From Spirochaetaceae bacterium (GTDB lineage Bacteria; Spirochaetota; Spirochaetia; DSM-2461), in NCBI GenBank assembly GCA_051531975.1, contig JAOPTT010000009.1:32001-96000 (forward strand): 64,000 nucleotides of DNA, in the 5' to 3' direction. The notes beneath the pieces were generated by a model. That model saw only the letters and a list, made by a program, of their open reading frames with translations, was not told the origin of the DNA and searched no databases. A program made the translations under genes and the position numbers. This document shows, piece after piece, positions 39,404-49,350 of this stretch. The number at the start of each line of letters is the position of its first letter. Position 1 is the first letter of the stretch.

Positions 39404-41200
39404 TTGAAACGGTTTAAATTATTATTTTCCTTTTTAAAAGGATCAGTTGGAATATATGTATTAGCAATTATTTTTTGTCTAATATCAGTCGGGATATCTC
39501 TTTTTATACCTTTGATAGTAAAGGTTGTTATAGATTCTATTATTGGATCAGAACCATTTAACGTAAGTGGGTTAGTAGGTTATGTCTTTAGTTTTAGAAC
39601 TGGGATTATAGCAAAAGATCTATTGATTTTTAGTTTTATAGGTGTTCTTTTTGTCGTTTTTTCATCAATTTTAGAGTTTTGCTATACAGCATTAATTACG
39701 ATAGCATCTCAAAGAGCTGGTAAAAAAATGAAGGATAAGATGTATTCTCATATCCAGAAATTAGATTACGAATACCATGCAAAAGCTGAAATTGGGGATT
39801 TGATTCAAAGATGTACTACAGATATCGAGAACAGTATGATCTTTTTAGCAGAGCACTTTATTCAGATTTCTAGAGTAGTATTTATTATGGGAATTACAAT
39901 CGGGCTAATGTTATCTTTAAATGTAACAATGTCTATTGTATCAATGGCTTTGGTTCCATTTATTTTTATCTACTCTTATATTTTCTTTAAGAAAGCTCAG
40001 AAAGTATTTGAGGCACAGGAAAAAACAGATGCAAAGTTAAGTAGTGTTCTCCAAGAGAACCTAACAGGTATAAGAGTAGTAAAAGCATTTGCTAGACAGG
40101 ATTACGAAATTAACAAATTCGATACTGCTAATAAAAACCATAGAGCACGAACTATGGATATTATTAAAGCAATGTCTAAGTTCTGGTCGGCATCTGATGG
40201 TCTCTCTTTTATCCAGATAGGTGTTGTTTTAGGTTTTGGTAGTTATTTTGTAGTTACTGGGGTATTTGGAATAGGTATGATAGTTGCATTCTTTACTTAT
40301 GTTGAACGTATTATGTGGCCAGTAAAGCAGTTGGGGCGGTTATTAGCAGAAACAGGAAAAACTTCAGTTTCCCTTAAAAGGTTACAGGAAATTCTTGATA
40401 CTAATACCGAGACTTTAGAGGATTCAAATTATAAACCTTATATTATTGGGGAGATTGAGTTTCAGAATGTATCCTTTTCTTATCCAAATGGAACCCACGT
40501 TTTAAATGATGTAAGTTTTAAGATAAACAAAGGTCAATCAGCGGCAATTATTGGTCCTACAGGTGCAGGTAAAACTACTCTGATTCATCTACTACATAGG
40601 TTATACGAGAATTACACAGGAACTATTTTAATTGACGGTACAGATATAAGAGGAATTAATAAAAGGCATTTAAGACAGAATGTAAGTCTTATTTTACAGG
40701 AACCTTTCCTTTTTAATAAAACTGTTAAGGACAATATATCCTATGCTAGGGAAGAGTCCCACGATAACCAGATATTTAATGCAACAGGGATTGCATGTAT
40801 ACATGAATCAATTGAAGATTTTGATAAAGGTTACGATACACTAGTTGGTGAGGGTGGAGTTACCCTATCTGGTGGACAGAAGCAGAGGATTGCAATAGCA
40901 AGAACCCTGATTTCAGAGAACCCTATAGTAATTTTTGACGACTCTTTAAGTGCGGTGGATACAGAGACGGATAAAGTTATTAGAAAAAACTTAAAAGAAG
41001 GGGATATTAAGCCTACTTCTATAATTATTTCCCATAGGGTTTCAACAGTTAGAGATGCGGATGTAATTATCGTATTAGAGGATGGTATGGTTACTGCAAA
41101 TGGTACCCATAGTCAGATTAGAGAACAGGATAATCTTTATAGACGTATTCTGGACATACAGAGTGATATTGAAAAAGAATTTCACACTACGTTTGCCTAA
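39404..41200 (+). CDS. ABC exporter, TMD-NBD half transporter (degenerate-site subunit)
   Basis: Six TM; GPTGAGKT, LSGGQKQR, FDDSLSAVD. Confidence 0.93.
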   Translation: MKRFKLLFSFLKGSVGIYVLAIIFCLISVGISLFIPLIVKVVIDSIIGSEPFNVSGLVGYVFSFRTGIIAKDLLIFSFIGVLFVVFSSILEFCYTALITIASQRAGKKMKDKMYSHIQKLDYEYHAKAEIGDLIQRCTTDIENSMIFLAEHFIQISRVVFIMGITIGLMLSLNVTMSIVSMALVPFIFIYSYIFFKKAQKVFEAQEKTDAKLSSVLQENLTGIRVVKAFARQDYEINKFDTANKNHRARTMDIIKAMSKFWSASDGLSFIQIGVVLGFGSYFVVTGVFGIGMIVAFFTYVERIMWPVKQLGRLLAETGKTSVSLKRLQEILDTNTETLEDSNYKPYIIGEIEFQNVSFSYPNGTHVLNDVSFKINKGQSAAIIGPTGAGKTTLIHLLHRLYENYTGTILIDGTDIRGINKRHLRQNVSLILQEPFLFNKTVKDNISYAREESHDNQIFNATGIACIHESIEDFDKGYDTLVGEGGVTLSGGQKQRIAIARTLISENPIVIFDDSLSAVDTETDKVIRKNLKEGDIKPTSIIISHRVSTVRDADVIIVLEDGMVTANGTHSQIREQDNLYRRILDIQSDIEKEFHTTFA

Positions 41201-41209
41201 GGAAGAGTT

Positions 41210-42961
41210 ATGAAAAAAAATATATGGGGACGTTTAATCTCCTATTCAAATAGTTACAAAAAAAACTTTGTATTAATGATTGTTTTAATAGTTCTTTGCG
41301 GAATAGTAGAGGGCTCTATGCCCTTTATTAGCGGCTGGATAATAGACAATGTTGTTGAGACAGGTAACCTTGATATGCTAAAAATTGCTGGGGTTATCTA
41401 TGTTTTTGTTATTAGTGTGCAGGTTTTATCTGTTTACTGGTTTATCTACCATGCAGGTAAGGTTGAGTCAGGAATGGCTTACGAGATAAGAAAGGCAGGT
41501 TTTGCTAAACTTCAACATCTCTCGTTGTCATTCTTTGATAAAAACTCTGCAGGTACAACTTTGTCTAAATTAACAAGTGATGTTGGACGGGTTTGTGGAA
41601 CTATAGCATGGGGAATAATTGACTACTCATGGGGTATTGTTATGATGTTAACAATGACAATCTTAATGTTTATTAGAAGTTGGCAGTTAGCATTAGTTAC
41701 TTTAGCAATTATGCCTATTTTATATGGTGGTGGTTTTCTATTTCAGAAGGTTATTATTAATAAATACAGGGCAGTTAGAAAGATAAATGGAATCATTACC
41801 GGTGCTTATAACGAAGGTATCATGGGTGCAAGAACTGTTAAAACTTTAAGCCAAGAGGACAGATCTCTATCTGAATTCCAGGAAAAGAGTTTAGATATGC
41901 GTACAAAAGCTATTAAAGCTGGAATAATTGGTGGTATATTTTTCCCTTTTGTTGGTTTTATGGCAACTATAGGTACCTCTTTAGCACTTTATGCAGGTGG
42001 TTCTGCTGTTATTAGTGGGGCAATTACATATGGACTTTTTGCATCTTTTATTTTTAGTTCAATGCAGTTTTTCTACCCTGTTTATCAGATGTCTCAGACG
42101 TTTGCTAACCTCCAGTATGCACGGGCAGCTGGGGAGCGAATAATAGACTTAATGGATACACCAGAGGAGATTGTTGACTGTGTTAAGTCTGATACAGCTA
42201 CAAAAATAAAAGGAGACGTTAGATTCGAAAACGTCAACTTTGAATATGTAAAAGGTGAAACTGTATTAAAAGACTTCTCCATAGACATTAAAAAAGGTGA
42301 GAGCATCGCTTTAGTTGGTGAGACTGGATCTGGGAAAAGTACTATTGTTAACCTTGCATGTAGGTTTTATGAACCAACAGAAGGTAAGATATATATTGAT
42401 GGAAAAGACTACAAAGAGATTAGTCAAAAGGATCTGCACAGTAGTTTAGGTTATGTGCTACAAAGTCCATATCTATTTAATGACTCTATAATGGAGAATA
42501 TTAGATTTGGTAGGTTGGATGCAACAGAAGAAGAAATTATCTCAGCATGTAAGGATATTAATGCCCACGAGTTTATTATGAACTTAGAGCATGGGTATTC
42601 AACAAAGGCTGGAGAGAGTGGGAAACTTCTATCTACAGGGCAAAAGCAGTTGGTTTCTATGGCTAGAGCAATATTAGCTGACCCATCTATATTTGTATTA
42701 GATGAAGCTACATCCTCTGTAGATGCAGAGAGTGAGGTTATAATACAAAAAGCTATAGATAAGTTATTACATGGTCGAACTAGCTTTATAATAGCCCATA
42801 GGCTTTCAACTGTTGTACATGCCGATAGAATACTTGTAGTTAATAAAGGTGAAGTTATAGAGCAGGGTAGCCACCTAGAGCTAATTGAGCAAGGTGGACA
42901 TTACCATAAGTTATATACAAATCAGTTTTTCGAAGAGAGGGAAGCAGAGCTTCTAAAATAA
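41210..42961 (+). CDS. ABC exporter, TMD-NBD half transporter (partner subunit)
   Basis: GETGSGKS, LSTGQKQL, LDEATSSVD, IAHRLST. Confidence 0.93.
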   Translation: MKKNIWGRLISYSNSYKKNFVLMIVLIVLCGIVEGSMPFISGWIIDNVVETGNLDMLKIAGVIYVFVISVQVLSVYWFIYHAGKVESGMAYEIRKAGFAKLQHLSLSFFDKNSAGTTLSKLTSDVGRVCGTIAWGIIDYSWGIVMMLTMTILMFIRSWQLALVTLAIMPILYGGGFLFQKVIINKYRAVRKINGIITGAYNEGIMGARTVKTLSQEDRSLSEFQEKSLDMRTKAIKAGIIGGIFFPFVGFMATIGTSLALYAGGSAVISGAITYGLFASFIFSSMQFFYPVYQMSQTFANLQYARAAGERIIDLMDTPEEIVDCVKSDTATKIKGDVRFENVNFEYVKGETVLKDFSIDIKKGESIALVGETGSGKSTIVNLACRFYEPTEGKIYIDGKDYKEISQKDLHSSLGYVLQSPYLFNDSIMENIRFGRLDATEEEIISACKDINAHEFIMNLEHGYSTKAGESGKLLSTGQKQLVSMARAILADPSIFVLDEATSSVDAESEVIIQKAIDKLLHGRTSFIIAHRLSTVVHADRILVVNKGEVIEQGSHLELIEQGGHYHKLYTNQFFEEREAELLK

Positions 42962-42964
42962 ATC

Positions 42965-42990
42965 TAAGGGAGGTGTAAAAGCTTCCCTTA
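42965..42990. terminator. Hairpin between convergent genes (probable terminator)
   Basis: TAAGGGAGG-TGTAAAAG-CTTCCCTTA. Confidence 0.65.
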
Positions 42991-43200
42991 ACCTCTTTCG
43001 TTTTTAATAATACCATCTAAAAATCTTCTTAATAGTTGGTCTCCACAGTTTACAAAGTTCCTGTGTCCTCTACTTCTAAACAGAGCATTTATCTCTGTTT
43101 TACTAAGATTCATCTCAGCTTTTTCCAATGTCTCTTTAACATCTGTATCTTTCATAGAAAATGCAATTCTTAGTTTTTTTAATATTTCGTTATTATCCAT
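42988..43200 (-). CDS. DUF1456 (YehS-like) protein
   Basis: NN.ILKKLRIA, CGDQ.LR.FL.G. Confidence 0.85.
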   Translation of the reverse strand: MDNNEILKKLRIAFSMKDTDVKETLEKAEMNLSKTEINALFRSRGHRNFVNCGDQLLRRFLDGIIKNERG

Positions 43201-43207
43201 AGGTTTT

Positions 43208-43258
43208 ATTATATATAAGTTAAAATAAATTGTAAAAGGATTAAAATAGTTTTAATAT
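43208..43258. promoter_or_regulatory. Overlapping divergent leaderless sigma70 promoters sharing one -35 region
   Basis: Minus strand TTTACA-17-TATAAT-7 nt-ATG; plus strand TTGTAA-17-TAATAT-6 nt-ATG. Confidence 0.65.
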
Positions 43259-43264
43259 ATATCT

Positions 43265-43726
43265 ATGCTTAGTTATCAGTTTGATTTTGATATAGAAGAA
43301 GGAAACATAAACACATTTCTAATTGGATCCAAGAAACTTTTTGGACAGATCCAAAATATAGGAACTCTACTAGGTAATTCTATCGATATTGGTATAGATA
43401 TGGAGTACAAACTTATAGAACTGGACAATAGTATAATCTCATATAATCTGACTTTTAGTATAAAATATCCTGTTCAGAAGCTTTTAGGTGCGAATTTAGG
43501 TAGGTGGCAGATAGAGGCATGGATTAACCGAGGATTAGATCTGATTTTAAACAGAGTAGAGATTGAGCAGTGTTTTTCCTCCATTGATATGTTAGCAACA
43601 GAGATAGAGTTAGATAAAAATATAGTATATGTTAAAATTCCTGAGAATATTTTAGAGATAGCACTTGAAGATTTTGAAAAATTGTCTATATTATTGTTTA
43701 GGAAATTAACTTTTAAAGAGAAATAA
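43265..43726 (+). CDS. Hypothetical protein
   Basis: 153-aa ORF with promoter directly upstream; no recognised motif. Confidence 0.65.
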   Translation: MLSYQFDFDIEEGNINTFLIGSKKLFGQIQNIGTLLGNSIDIGIDMEYKLIELDNSIISYNLTFSIKYPVQKLLGANLGRWQIEAWINRGLDLILNRVEIEQCFSSIDMLATEIELDKNIVYVKIPENILEIALEDFEKLSILLFRKLTFKEK

Positions 43727-43737
43727 GGAAGTATTAT

Positions 43738-43947
43738 ATGAGTGATTATGATGATTATGAATATGATGATGATGGCAACGTATCCCTAGACGATGTTATC
43801 GATGATGAATATTCTAAAAATGGCAAAAACAACGACGATTGGAGCGACAACCTAGATGATATGGATTCTGGTGAGTGGGATAAACAATACGGTATTGATA
43901 ACGATGATGACATAGATGAAGATGTAGACCCTTGGGATCTAAATTAG
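43738..43947 (+). CDS. Small, extremely Asp-rich protein
   Basis: AAGGA RBS; 25 Asp and 4 Glu in 69 aa; followed by a terminator. Confidence 0.7.
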   Translation: MSDYDDYEYDDDGNVSLDDVIDDEYSKNGKNNDDWSDNLDDMDSGEWDKQYGIDNDDDIDEDVDPWDLN

Positions 43948-43965
43948 AATTATAGAGTAGTTTAT

Positions 43966-43995
43966 AGGGGCGAAACAGATCGCCCCTTTTCTTTT
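43966..43995 (+). terminator. Rho-independent terminator
   Basis: AGGGGCGA-AACAGA-TCGCCCCT followed by T-rich tract. Confidence 0.85.
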
Positions 43996-44003
43996 ATAAA
44001 GTT

Positions 44004-45080
44004 TTAGATGATTTCCCTAAGAAAGTCTTCGTTAAAAATCTTAGACAGTTCCTGTTTTGTAGGACCATACTCTCCAACATCTTTTAAACCCTTGTCTTTT
44101 AAAGTTTCACTAAAACACTTCCACTTCCGATATGCTGGATGACTTTCAAGTACATACTTCTCTTTAAAAAATAGTAGTTGCTGACTTTTATTAGATTTAT
44201 GGTTATAAAAATTCATCTGCTGTTTTGCTAAGTCAATTTTAATTCTAGTATGAAGTTCTGGTAATAATTTATTATTAAAATCATCGTAGTTGTAAAAAGA
44301 AATTTTAATAGAGTTTTTATGTATTTTTATAATATCAGCATTATGTATATCGCCATAAAAAATACCAGCCATTCCAATAAATACTCTAAGCACCGGATCT
44401 AAATCCTGTACTGCGCTTGAGTGTATATAAAATGAATCGTTATCGTTAATACCAGTAGGTGCTTCTGTACACAGATCTATAATGTTCTTTTTATCCCCGG
44501 TAGAAAATAGTAATTTTTTACTTAGAGATACTGCTTTTAAAAAGTTTCCTAAATAAGTTTTAATACTGTCCTGTATAGTTGTAGGTAGAGAACTTGTAAC
44601 ATTTTCACTTCTAAATCTAGCTAGGGCTAAATAAACAAGTAGATCCTCTTTTTGAATCTTGATGTCATCTAATAAAAGTCTTTTTTGAATACTGTATAGA
44701 TAGTTCTCTCTGCTATCAGTATCTTTAAATAGGTAGAACATTCCAGGAGCTATAGGTGTTACAGGGTTATTAAATATATTCTCTAGAAACTGATGAATTT
44801 CTCTCTGTTTAATTCCAGGGGAGCTTATTACAAGTATTTTTGTAGTATCAGCCCATGCTTCTTTTACCTCTTTAAAAAGGTTCTGTGGGTCATTGTTATC
44901 TATATCTACATTGTAGTGTACTATTTCAGCTTCACCACTATCTTTGAGGCTATATCCATCTTCGTTTAATGTTTCAAAAAGCTCGCTTTTATCACTACCA
45001 TTAAAATCTTTGAAACTTATATCTTTTGTTAATAAATTGTTCTTAATTAAGCTTGTTATCACTGAGTTTGTATTGTTCAG
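44004..45080 (-). CDS. Homolog of the C-terminal part of DNA phosphorothioation-associated putative methyltransferases
   Basis: LRVFIGMA...YGD...DIIKIH..S.KISF..Y.DF....PEL..RIKIDL...KE..V...HP.Y pattern recalled for that family. AAGGAG lies 6 nt before an in-frame CTG (45080); the ORF track start is GTG 45062. Confidence 0.55.
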   Translation of the reverse strand: MNNTNSVITSLIKNNLLTKDISFKDFNGSDKSELFETLNEDGYSLKDSGEAEIVHYNVDIDNNDPQNLFKEVKEAWADTTKILVISSPGIKQREIHQFLENIFNNPVTPIAPGMFYLFKDTDSRENYLYSIQKRLLLDDIKIQKEDLLVYLALARFRSENVTSSLPTTIQDSIKTYLGNFLKAVSLSKKLLFSTGDKKNIIDLCTEAPTGINDNDSFYIHSSAVQDLDPVLRVFIGMAGIFYGDIHNADIIKIHKNSIKISFYNYDDFNNKLLPELHTRIKIDLAKQQMNFYNHKSNKSQQLLFFKEKYVLESHPAYRKWKCFSETLKDKGLKDVGEYGPTKQELSKIFNEDFLREII

Positions 45081-45195
45081 ATATTGCTCCTTAGAATTTT
45101 AGTTGGATTGACATTCTATCGGAGAGATATAGATCTATACAACCTATATAGGTATAAATAATTGTAAATAATTTTCAGGAATTCACTTGACAGAA

Positions 45196-45467
45196 AAGTT
45201 ATCCACAACCTTTCAAGAGAAATTCCATCTGGTTGTGGATAACTTGGGGAAAACACTTAAGAGTGCAAAATTTGGGGGTTTCAGCTTGTCTACTAAATTT
45301 TCAAAAAATTCACGAAATTTAAAAAAAAGTGTAAAACTGGCCAAAAATACGGGATATTTCCCTATATAGAAACCTCTAAGCATGAAATTTCGGGGTTTTA
45401 GCCTAGTATATACATTTTGTAATATTCAGAACGCCCTTGGTATTGCTTGTGGATAACTTATGGAAAA
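45196..45467. promoter_or_regulatory. DnaA-box cluster in an intergenic region
   Basis: TTATCCACA 45199-45207; TGTGGATAA 45234-45242 and 45448-45456; near-box TATGGAAAA 45459-45467. First two boxes sit in a perfect 15-bp inverted repeat. Confidence 0.7.
45268..45402 (+). repeat. Imperfect 18-bp direct repeat
   Basis: AAATTTGGGGGTTTCAGC (45268) and AAATTTCGGGGTTTTAGC (45385), two mismatches. Confidence 0.6.
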
Positions 45468-46469
45468 CTATTTATTAGGATTAAGGCAGATAGCATCTGG
45501 GATAGTGATCGCAAACTCTGTTCCACCGTCTCTAGCAGGCTTACAGCTGATATTTCCGTTATGATAACGTGATAGTAAGTTATATGAGATTGCAAGACCA
45601 AGACCATAGTGGTTGTCGGCTCTTCTGGTAGTATAGAAGGGATCAAAGATATGTTTTACCTCTTTCTCTGCTATACCTACACCGTCATCTCTAATGATAA
45701 GGATTAGATCCCGGACATGTTGTTCTGTAGTAATAGTTACTTCTCCGAATTCATCCTCTTTAAAGGCGAACTCAAATGCGTTCTCAATTATGTTTTTTAC
45801 TACAATAGACAGACTCATTTGGGATATGTTTATCCACAAGTTTTCTGGTAAATCAAGTTTAATAGTATGCATCTTTCCAAAAGAGTTATTTGTACTTACT
45901 CGACAGCAAGCAAAATCAACAAACTCAGAAATTTCAACAGGACTTGAATCATCTTCTGCATTACCTCCAGAGATTTCTGTAAACTTCTCCACAAGGGATA
46001 TAGACTTTAATAGGTTATTCATTGTTAGATCTAACATCGGTTTAGCATCGTCTAACAGTGACTTTCCCTCTTCGCTATGAATAACATCTTCTAGGTAACT
46101 AAGGGCTGTTAACGATACTCCTAATGGGGTATTTAACTCATGAGCTATACCAGATACTAAGGAGTTAAGAGAGGATAATTTTTCATCTTGTATTATGCCT
46201 TGCTGGCTCGCCCAAAGGGCATCAATATATTCTAAAGATGAGTCTCTGCTATCAGTTAACTCTTTATTTTTTCTATTTAAAGCTTTTATCTTCTGTCTCT
46301 GTCTATTAAACATTATATATAAAGCCGATAAACTAAGGGTTAAAAAAAATATAGATATGGTTAGTGTAATAGTCTCTTTTTGAAAGTTTAATATGAAGAA
46401 TATAGATATAGCTATTATATTTAAAGAAACCAATATATATAGATATCTACTTTTTATAGTTTGAGTCAT
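45468..46469 (-). CDS. Sensor histidine kinase, two TM, no periplasmic domain
   Basis: GIAHELNTPLG, IIENAFEFAF, DDGVG, FDPFYTT, YGLGL. Confidence 0.92.
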   Translation of the reverse strand: MTQTIKSRYLYILVSLNIIAISIFFILNFQKETITLTISIFFLTLSLSALYIMFNRQRQKIKALNRKNKELTDSRDSSLEYIDALWASQQGIIQDEKLSSLNSLVSGIAHELNTPLGVSLTALSYLEDVIHSEEGKSLLDDAKPMLDLTMNNLLKSISLVEKFTEISGGNAEDDSSPVEISEFVDFACCRVSTNNSFGKMHTIKLDLPENLWINISQMSLSIVVKNIIENAFEFAFKEDEFGEVTITTEQHVRDLILIIRDDGVGIAEKEVKHIFDPFYTTRRADNHYGLGLAISYNLLSRYHNGNISCKPARDGGTEFAITIPDAICLNPNK

Positions 46470-46505
46470 AAAATCATTTTAACCTCTAAAACCGTATAGG
46501 TAAAC

Positions 46506-47477
46506 TCAATTAGAAATTATTCCAGGGATGATAAGTTTGAAGGAACTACCTTCCCCTAATTTAGACTTAACCTTTAGTTCTCCGTTATAATGTCGAAGCA
46601 CTAAATTGTAAGATATTGCTAATCCTAGACCATAATGGTTTTCTCTTTTTTTAGTAGTAAAAAATGGGTTGAATATTTTCTTAATAATTTCGCCATCGAT
46701 TCCAGCACCATTATCATTAATTTTAAGTATTAAGTCCTGTCCAAATTTCTCTGTTTCAATTGTAATTAGTCCTTTCTGCCCATCAATAAATGCAAAATCA
46801 TATGCGTTTTCAATTATGTTAACCAGTATAGTAGATAGGGTAGTTTGAGATACATTTAATACAACATCGTCTTTAATTTTATACTCTACTTTTATACCCT
46901 GATGCATTCTTCTATCTTGATCCACTTCGTTAACAGCATAATCTAAAAAGTCTTTTATACCTACTTTTGCTAAGTTGGTATTTGGCTCTGTATCTGCAAT
47001 CCCTCTAAAGTATTTTAACAGAGCGATAGATTTTTTTATGCTTTCAACAGTCATTTCAACCATTGGTCCAGCATCACCTATTACTTTTAAACCACTTTCA
47101 CTTTTAAAAAGCTCTTCTATATAGGTTATTCCTGTTAAAGATATACCTAATGGTGTATTTAGCTCATGGGCAACCCCAGCAACAAGTGAGTTAAGTGATG
47201 ATAACTTTTCATTCTGAATAATTTCATGCTGACTTATCCAAAGAGCATCGATATACTCAACAGCATTTGCCTTACTCTCTATTAAACTTTTATTCTCTTT
47301 CTCAAGATTCTCTAAGTCCTCTTTTTTAATTAATATCAGATAAATAAATACTGCATTAAGAGCTAATATAAAAATTACTGTCACATAGTATAGCTGCATA
47401 AAGATCAGGAAAATAAAAAGAGAATTTAACAGTGGTATAACAAAATATAAAGGTTTTTTTAAAATATATTTGAACAT
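46506..47477 (-). CDS. Sensor histidine kinase, paralog of 45468-46469
   Basis: Shared EYIDALW.SQ..IIQ.EKLSSLNSLV; GVAHELNTPLG, DNGAG, FNPFFTT, YGLGL. Confidence 0.92.
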   Translation of the reverse strand: MFKYILKKPLYFVIPLLNSLFIFLIFMQLYYVTVIFILALNAVFIYLILIKKEDLENLEKENKSLIESKANAVEYIDALWISQHEIIQNEKLSSLNSLVAGVAHELNTPLGISLTGITYIEELFKSESGLKVIGDAGPMVEMTVESIKKSIALLKYFRGIADTEPNTNLAKVGIKDFLDYAVNEVDQDRRMHQGIKVEYKIKDDVVLNVSQTTLSTILVNIIENAYDFAFIDGQKGLITIETEKFGQDLILKINDNGAGIDGEIIKKIFNPFFTTKKRENHYGLGLAISYNLVLRHYNGELKVKSKLGEGSSFKLIIPGIISN

Positions 47478-47517
47478 ATATTGATTATAGTACATCTAGA
47501 CTATTAAAGAAAATGAA

Positions 47518-48381
47518 TTATTCACCAAAATAGCTAAAATATAGGTTATTGACAAATCCAGAATCTATAAGACTTTGTAATGCTGTGTTATAACGCTTAA
47601 TTGTAGCTTCATCTAATATCTGAGAAAAACCAGTAGTTATATCGTATGAAATAATAGAAGTATCAATAAATCTAAAGTCCCAACCGTTTAACTTAGAGTA
47701 GTGCTGCATTATTCGTTTAACTTCAGGTACAACATCAATCTCACCATTATGCAGTGCTTCCATAGCAACTGTGGTTGTTGGGTATTCAACTAATATAATA
47801 TCTTTATAATCTCGTAGGGCTTGGTAGATGTGTCCTCTAGTTTGTACTCCAACTCTTTTCCCATATAAAGATTTAATAATTTCATCTCTATCTGTAGGGT
47901 ATTCTGTAGGATCATCTGCTCTAACTACAGTTACATATTTTAGAATTTCGTAGGGTATACTCAAATTAAGAAAGGTTCTGTAGTCGGGAAGGTCAGGAAC
48001 AGCAAGGGCTGAGTGTGCTTCTCCTATCTTTATTTTTTGAACAACAGGGCCAGCATCAGAATAAGAGTTCAGCCTATACGTTTGTCCCATTTTATCCATA
48101 ACAGCTTTCTCGAGGTCAACATAAAAACCTTTTAGTACGCCATCGGAATCTAGATACATTCCAGGTGCACCATCGGCTCTAACATATATTTCTAATGTAT
48201 CCTTTAATCCTATAGTAACAAGTGGTTTTGTTCCTGTTTCGGGTTCTTTAGCTACAACACTATCAGCAGTTTGTGTAGTAATAGATTCTTCTATAATCTC
48301 AAGTTCAGATTCAGCTTTTTTACAGCCAAAAGTTAAGGTGAGAATTAATATATTTAAAATTAGTATAAGTTTCTTTGTCAT
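47518..48381 (-). CDS. Family 3 solute-binding lipoprotein
   Basis: Lipobox LTFGC; VRADGAPGMY, GFYVDLEKAV, VGVQTRG. Confidence 0.85.
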   Translation of the reverse strand: MTKKLILILNILILTLTFGCKKAESELEIIEESITTQTADSVVAKEPETGTKPLVTIGLKDTLEIYVRADGAPGMYLDSDGVLKGFYVDLEKAVMDKMGQTYRLNSYSDAGPVVQKIKIGEAHSALAVPDLPDYRTFLNLSIPYEILKYVTVVRADDPTEYPTDRDEIIKSLYGKRVGVQTRGHIYQALRDYKDIILVEYPTTTVAMEALHNGEIDVVPEVKRIMQHYSKLNGWDFRFIDTSIISYDITTGFSQILDEATIKRYNTALQSLIDSGFVNNLYFSYFGE

Positions 48382-48422
48382 GTGATTATTATATCATAAA
48401 GTTAATGTAAAATTAATATCTA

Positions 48423-49280
48423 TTATTGACCAAAGTAATCATTATATAACTTATCTACATATCCTGAATCTATAAGAGCATTAAGTGCTGTATTATATCT
48501 ATCTAATACTGATGTATCTAATGCTTGGGAAAATCCAGTACCTATATCTAAACCAAAAATTGGAGCTCCAACAGGTTTCACATTCCAATTGTTTATTTTT
48601 CCATAATGTATACCAATACGTTTAACTTCAGGTACTGCATCTACTTCTCCATTGTTCAGAGCTTCCATAGCAACTGTAGTTGTTGGATATTCTATAATTT
48701 CAATATCTTTGTGATCTCTAAGTACTTGATAAATATGACCTCTTGTTTGAACACCAACTTTTTTACCATATAATGTTTTAATAGCATCTTCTTTATTATT
48801 TGGGACATCTATCGTTGAGTCTGAAGGTAAAAATATTACAAAATCAAGGATCTCATACCCATCACTGATATTTAAGAAGGCCTTATAGTCTGGAAGTATA
48901 GGAGTAGCTAAAGCTGAGTGGGAAGCTCCTGATTTTAAATTTTGTAACAGTGGTCCTAGGTCAGTATATGCAACTAAATCATATTTTTGACCCATCTCCT
49001 TCATAACAGCCTTTTCTAGGTCAACGTAAAAACCTTTAATAGAACCATCTGTGTCTAAGTACATTCCAGGTGCACCATCAGCTCTCACCATTATTTGTAA
49101 AGAATCTTCTTTTGTTATTTGTAATAGAGGTTTCTTTTCATCTGAGTCAACTGACAATTCCTCTGTAACTGTTTCTTTTATTGTTTCTGGAGCATTTTCA
49201 GAGATTTCTAATTCCGAACCTTTTTTACTACAACCTAGTAATAAAAATATTAATGTTACTATTATTGATAATTTCTTCAT
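48423..49280 (-). CDS. Family 3 solute-binding lipoprotein, paralog of 47518-48381
   Basis: Lipobox LLLGC; long identical blocks shared with the neighbour. Confidence 0.85.
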   Translation of the reverse strand: MKKLSIIVTLIFLLLGCSKKGSELEISENAPETIKETVTEELSVDSDEKKPLLQITKEDSLQIMVRADGAPGMYLDTDGSIKGFYVDLEKAVMKEMGQKYDLVAYTDLGPLLQNLKSGASHSALATPILPDYKAFLNISDGYEILDFVIFLPSDSTIDVPNNKEDAIKTLYGKKVGVQTRGHIYQVLRDHKDIEIIEYPTTTVAMEALNNGEVDAVPEVKRIGIHYGKINNWNVKPVGAPIFGLDIGTGFSQALDTSVLDRYNTALNALIDSGYVDKLYNDYFGQ

Positions 49281-49350
49281 CTTTTTTACACCTTTTAGCT
49301 AAGTCATATTATGATACCAATATATCTATTAATGTTAGTGTGAGGAACCT

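Noticed and set aside
39404..42961. ABC exporter pair as the RiPP exporter
   Set aside because: It is 19 kb away, has no C39 peptidase domain, and the cluster encodes its own Tat route.
45187..45369. 60-aa ORF in the ORF track
   Set aside because: TTG start without RBS; runs across the DnaA boxes and repeats, so it is more likely non-coding.
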